Origin: Macrostomum lignano
Lineage: Eukaryota
Assembly (NCBI GenBank): GCA_002269645.1
Contig: NIVC01004202.1
Span: forward strand, 1-55,557
DNA: 55,557 nt
Direction: 5' to 3'
Shown here: in pieces, positions 51,431 through 55,557 of the stretch
Numbering within the stretch: the first letter of the stretch is position 1
Layout of the letters: the number at the start of each line of letters is the position of its first letter
Position numbers and translations under genes: made by a program
The notes under the pieces: generated by a model
What the model saw: only the letters and a program-made list of their open reading frames with translations
Told to the model about the DNA's origin: nothing
Databases searched by the model: none

Positions 51431-51806
51431 CTGCTGCAACAACAATTCCGAGCCTAAGCTGTCAATCAATTGTCAATCAAAGAGACAATTTCCACCTAAG
51501 AACGGCGCATTCCTGGAAAATAAGAAAGTCAAACGAATGCCTAGTCTAATAGCTAAGTAATATGGTGAGTGTTAAAAGTCTGTATTAAAAAATTCAAATA
51601 AGTCAAAAGAAAACGTCAATCGGAAAAAATCTTTCAGAATATTAAGGCTCAAGAAGAGAAGGTTGGTGTTGGTGTATAAAAAATACAGCATCAGTACTTT
51701 GCTTGGCTAATCAATGTTAAAAAATTTATAGAAGGTATGTCAAAAAATATCTACCGGTATGCTACAGAACATAATAAAGTTGTTCATAATCAGTTAGAGA
51801 GGCTGC

Positions 51807-53397
51807 TCAGGCCTTACGTGGCAAAACGCGTACCTTAAAACGGCGCGGCAGTGCCGCAATCAAATTACTGTTCTCGCTAAACGGATCCACACCCTTGTCC
51901 TCGGGGCACTGTACAAACTCGAACGCCTGCACCAGCATCACAGTGATGAGGTATGTCCCCTTCTTGGCGATAGACTCGCCCAGGCACACTCGAGTGCCCG
52001 CACCAAACGATGGAAAGCCGCGCTTATGAGGCGCCAACTGACCTTCGTCTGTCAGAAAATGCTCAGGTTTGAACTGTATTGGCTCGGGAAACACTGCATG
52101 TAGGATCGTAGTGACAACGGTAGATTGACAGCATCACCTGGGTACCCTTCGGAAGCAGGTAATTGCCCAGCTGACAGTCCTCATAGCACTCGCGGGGAAT
52201 GAAGGACAGCAGCGCCCAGAATCGCATCACCTCGTGCAAGAAGGCGTCAGTGTACGGCAGCAGGTGCCGCTCCGACAGTCTAGAAGTTGAGTCACCGAAC
52301 ACTGACTGGATCTCTTCGTAGCAGCGAGCTTGCATCTCTGGATGGTCGCACAGCGCCAACACAACCCATTACAGAGTCGGACTGGTCGTGTCAGTGCCAG
52401 CGGTGAAGATGTCGAGCAGGGTCTGCCGAAGATGGACGCCTTAGAACAGGTGACTGTAGAGTAAAATGTGTAGCAAAGTGAATTTACGAGAAAGGAAAAA
52501 GACGAAATGAAGTATGTTGTGATGTCACGCACCCCTGTTTAGAATTTACAGCCTGTTTCTGCTCTTGTATCAGAAAGTCCAGAATTTCGTTCAGCTCGTT
52601 CGGATTAAAGCTTCTCTGACGCTCCTCAACCAGCTTCCTAGCCCAAGAAATCAGTTCGTCAACGCAGGACGTAAACTCACGAGTGCTTGGCAGTGGAAGA
52701 AACCTCAGTATTGGCAGATCAAACAAAGGACCCTTCTGGAAGCTTTGGTTCAAGTTCTCAATGTTTTTGCGTAGCATTAAAACTCCGGGTCAGTTGGAGT
52801 GTATTCCTTACTGAACGCCATGCGACACTGCAGATTGTACGTGAGCAGGTAGATGGTCTCATACAGATCCTTCGGCTCGGGACCCTGGTCGGCAAAGAAT
52901 TTTGTCACGCTGTCAAACGAATCTACAATAAACTGCTCCAGCCGATCGGCCTGGGCGAACACTCGAAAGGCTGAGAATGAAGACTTCCGGTGGTAGCGCA
53001 GTCGCTCGCTGTTCGGCGCCACAAAGATGTCATTATTATTTTCCGTAGCGTAAGTAAACGAATACACGACGGAACTCCAGTTGCTTAATTGTTTGCTTAG
53101 AAGGCCTCCAAGCACCAGTTCTGGCTTCATCACAAGCACCATCTCAGCTGGCCCTAGCTTTATTGTAACCATGTCGCCAAAACTCTCTGGCCAAACTGTC
53201 AGTGACAGTCTGGGCGGCCTCTCTGCCGGACTTACTGAACAGTTGCAGATTGCCCAGCAACGGGAGCCCCAGGGCCCGGGCGGAAATGGGTAGCAGGCCC
53301 AGCGGATCGCGCGTGGGACAAACCACAATGCAGCTGCGGACGCAACAACGACAGTCAGCGCCGCTGTCAGAATTCTCCCTTGACTATCCGGGATCAT
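51807..53397 (-). pseudogene. Cytochrome P450 (clan 2: CYP1/2/17-like), multiply disrupted; intron 52532-52454
   Basis: N-terminal anchor, PPGPWGLPLLGN, I-helix DIFTAGTDTTS, EVMR, KPEHF, FGAGTRVCLGE. Frameshifts near 53268, 53180, 52780 and 52095; TAA stops at 52441-52443 and 52369-52371. Confidence 0.9.
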
Positions 53398-54008
53398 TGA
53401 TAGCGGCCAAATTTCGAACGTCGACATTTGAAAAATTATTAGCGGAAACTGAAAAACGAGAGAGTTTAATGCGCGAATTCACAGCGACTCTTGCATACAA
53501 TTAAGCGCATTAACGTTGGTATAAAGCACCAACAGTCTAAGACTGTTCAATACATATTCTATGAGCGCATAAGTCATAAACTGCGAATGTCGCAAATGAT
53601 GCTTGTTTGGTTTTGAAACCAGCCACAGTTTAGATTAGCAAACCATAAATAGGCTTGCGAAACAGTGAGGACTGCGAGACCTTACGAGAATAGGACCTGC
53701 CCAAAGTGCCATGTGGGGTTAGAAAGTGAAGGTCACTTCCTGCTCAACATGATGTTGAAAAGGTCAGTTGAAAATTTAGACTTTTTGGGACGTACTTTAT
53801 ATTCTGTATCGTCTTGTCTCTAAGGCCTGAACTGCAGCCGAACTTTGGTACATAGTCTTCTCTAAGCAAAACAGTTTCTCTACTTTCAGTAGCAAAGAAG
53901 AATTCGTAAGCTGTTTTATGATAAGTTGGGCAATCAGACAACTAACATGCAATTTGTGCAGCCGTTATTGTAGATTGGCCACAGTGCTGCAAAGGGGGGG
54001 GAATAGAT

Positions 54009-54014
54009 AGAGAA

Positions 54015-54058
<44 letters not shown>

Positions 54059-54223
54059 GGCACCTCCAATCTCAGGCACTGACACAGTAACGGTAGAAAG
54101 GACTGAAGAAAGTCAGTTTAATTAAATTGCCGATATTCCGGAATTATTATATTCTTCGTCAGGGCAAGTGAAAAGATTGGCCACAGCGCCGCAAAGGGGA
54201 GGGAATAGATAAAAAGAGAAAGG

Positions 54224-54259
<36 letters not shown>

Positions 54260-54327
54260 AGAGAGAGAGAAAGAGAAAGAGAAAGAGAGAGAGAGAAAGA
54301 GAAAGAGAGAGAGAGAAAGAGAGATAA

Positions 54328-54360
<33 letters not shown>

Positions 54361-54390
54361 GAGAGAGAAAGAGAAAGAAAGAGAGAGAGA

Positions 54391-54460
<70 letters not shown>

Positions 54461-54508
54461 AAGAGAAAGAGAAAGAGAGAGAGAGAGAGAGAAAGAGAAG
54501 AGAGAGAA

Positions 54509-54539
<31 letters not shown>

Positions 54540-54617
54540 AGAGAGAGAGAGAGAGAAAGAGAAAGAGAGAGAGAGAGAAAGAGAAAGAGAAGAGAGAGAG
54601 AGAAAGAGAAAGAAAGA

Positions 54618-54676
<59 letters not shown>

Positions 54677-54724
54677 AAGAGAAAGAAGAGAGAGAGAGAG
54701 AAAGAGAAAGAAAGAGAGAGAGAA

Positions 54725-54780
<56 letters not shown>

Positions 54781-54815
54781 AAGAGAAAGAGAAAGAGAGG
54801 TAGAGAGAGAGAGAA
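54009..54815. repeat. (GA)n/(GAAAGA)n purine microsatellite, preceded by a short duplicated motif at about 53973 and 54175
   Basis: Directly visible. Confidence 0.98.
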
Positions 54816-55557
54816 GAGAGGTCACGGCGTGTTTAAAAAAAAAGACTTAATTAATTTAATATGGGCTACCGGTTTCGAGCCTCTGGCTCTTCGTCAGGCC
54901 AAAAAATCTGTGTGTCATGCAATTCAAGTTGGTCTTTTAAGTATTATTTTTCTTAGTCTGATAGAATTGATGAGTAGTTGTACATATGAGGGATGTACAT
55001 TTAAAACCCTGTTTTGCTTAGCTCTAACTTGTCCCAGAGGCTTTCCACCATTCATTTTAAACGACAGTATATTTGTTATAAAAATTGTTATTTCGAAGTA
55101 CTATACGATATGCGATACTATACGATTAGATGAAAATGCCGGTATTGGGGTAGGAGCATAAAAATCAATATTGAGCGTACAATTAAGCAGTTTGAATAAA
55201 ATAAAATAAAATAAATGACAGTGAATAAATATTGTACTTTAATAGGGTGAAAATAGCGCATTGGTTAAAATGATTAAATGTTTCCTGGCTGAGACTTGAA
55301 CTTATTGGGAGCCAGGAGGCTCTGTAAGTTACGTTGCCGTGTAAAAGCGGGCATTATGCGGAGCCTGGTTTATTTTGTAGCTTATCAAAGTTTTTAGCAA
55401 TCTCGTTGGCAAGCCAGACCGTAGATGGGTGAAAAGGAAGGACCATTGGGATGGGTCGGAGAAGATGATTGTCGACCCTGATGTTCGTGCCTGGCGGTTT
55501 TCAGTCCCTAGTTTTTTAATCCAGATTTTCTTCCCTTAGTTCGATTTTGTTGTTGTT

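Noticed and set aside
52063-53427. Programmed ribosomal frameshifting in the CYP
   Set aside because: Four shifts plus two stops, with no slippery heptamer or stimulatory structure; decay or error is simpler.
54118-54825. 235-aa SL-repeat ORF
   Set aside because: (GA)n microsatellite artefact.

Overview
Eukaryotic (animal) genomic DNA with spliceosomal GT-AG introns, GC-rich exons, many micro/minisatellites and DNA-transposon and SINE remnants. The style fits a free-living flatworm such as Macrostomum, but this is inference only. Apparently intact genes: MCFD2, a two-exon nucleoside hydrolase, a 3-exon orphan with a 47-nt microexon, a secreted pacifastin-like peptide, two tandem sorcin/grancalcin-like penta-EF-hand paralogs (one hosting an antisense nested ORF), a ubiquitin-like orphan, intronless RPS23 and a 4-exon PRORP/MRPP3. 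Disrupted genes: PAN + ALK/LTK-type glycine-rich protein, PAN + F-type lectin, a clan-2 cytochrome P450 and a spindlin/Tudor-like fragment. A 3.48-kb Chapaev (CMC/Transib-related) transposon has about 320-bp TIRs and a TATA target-site duplication. The most unusual signal is a set of sharply bounded, CpG-void, TpA-rich domains. Repeat copies in or beside them differ from their sister copies almost only by C>T/G>A changes, including CpA>TpA, which resembles RIP-like or methylation-driven domain hypermutation. All alignments and counts were made by eye.
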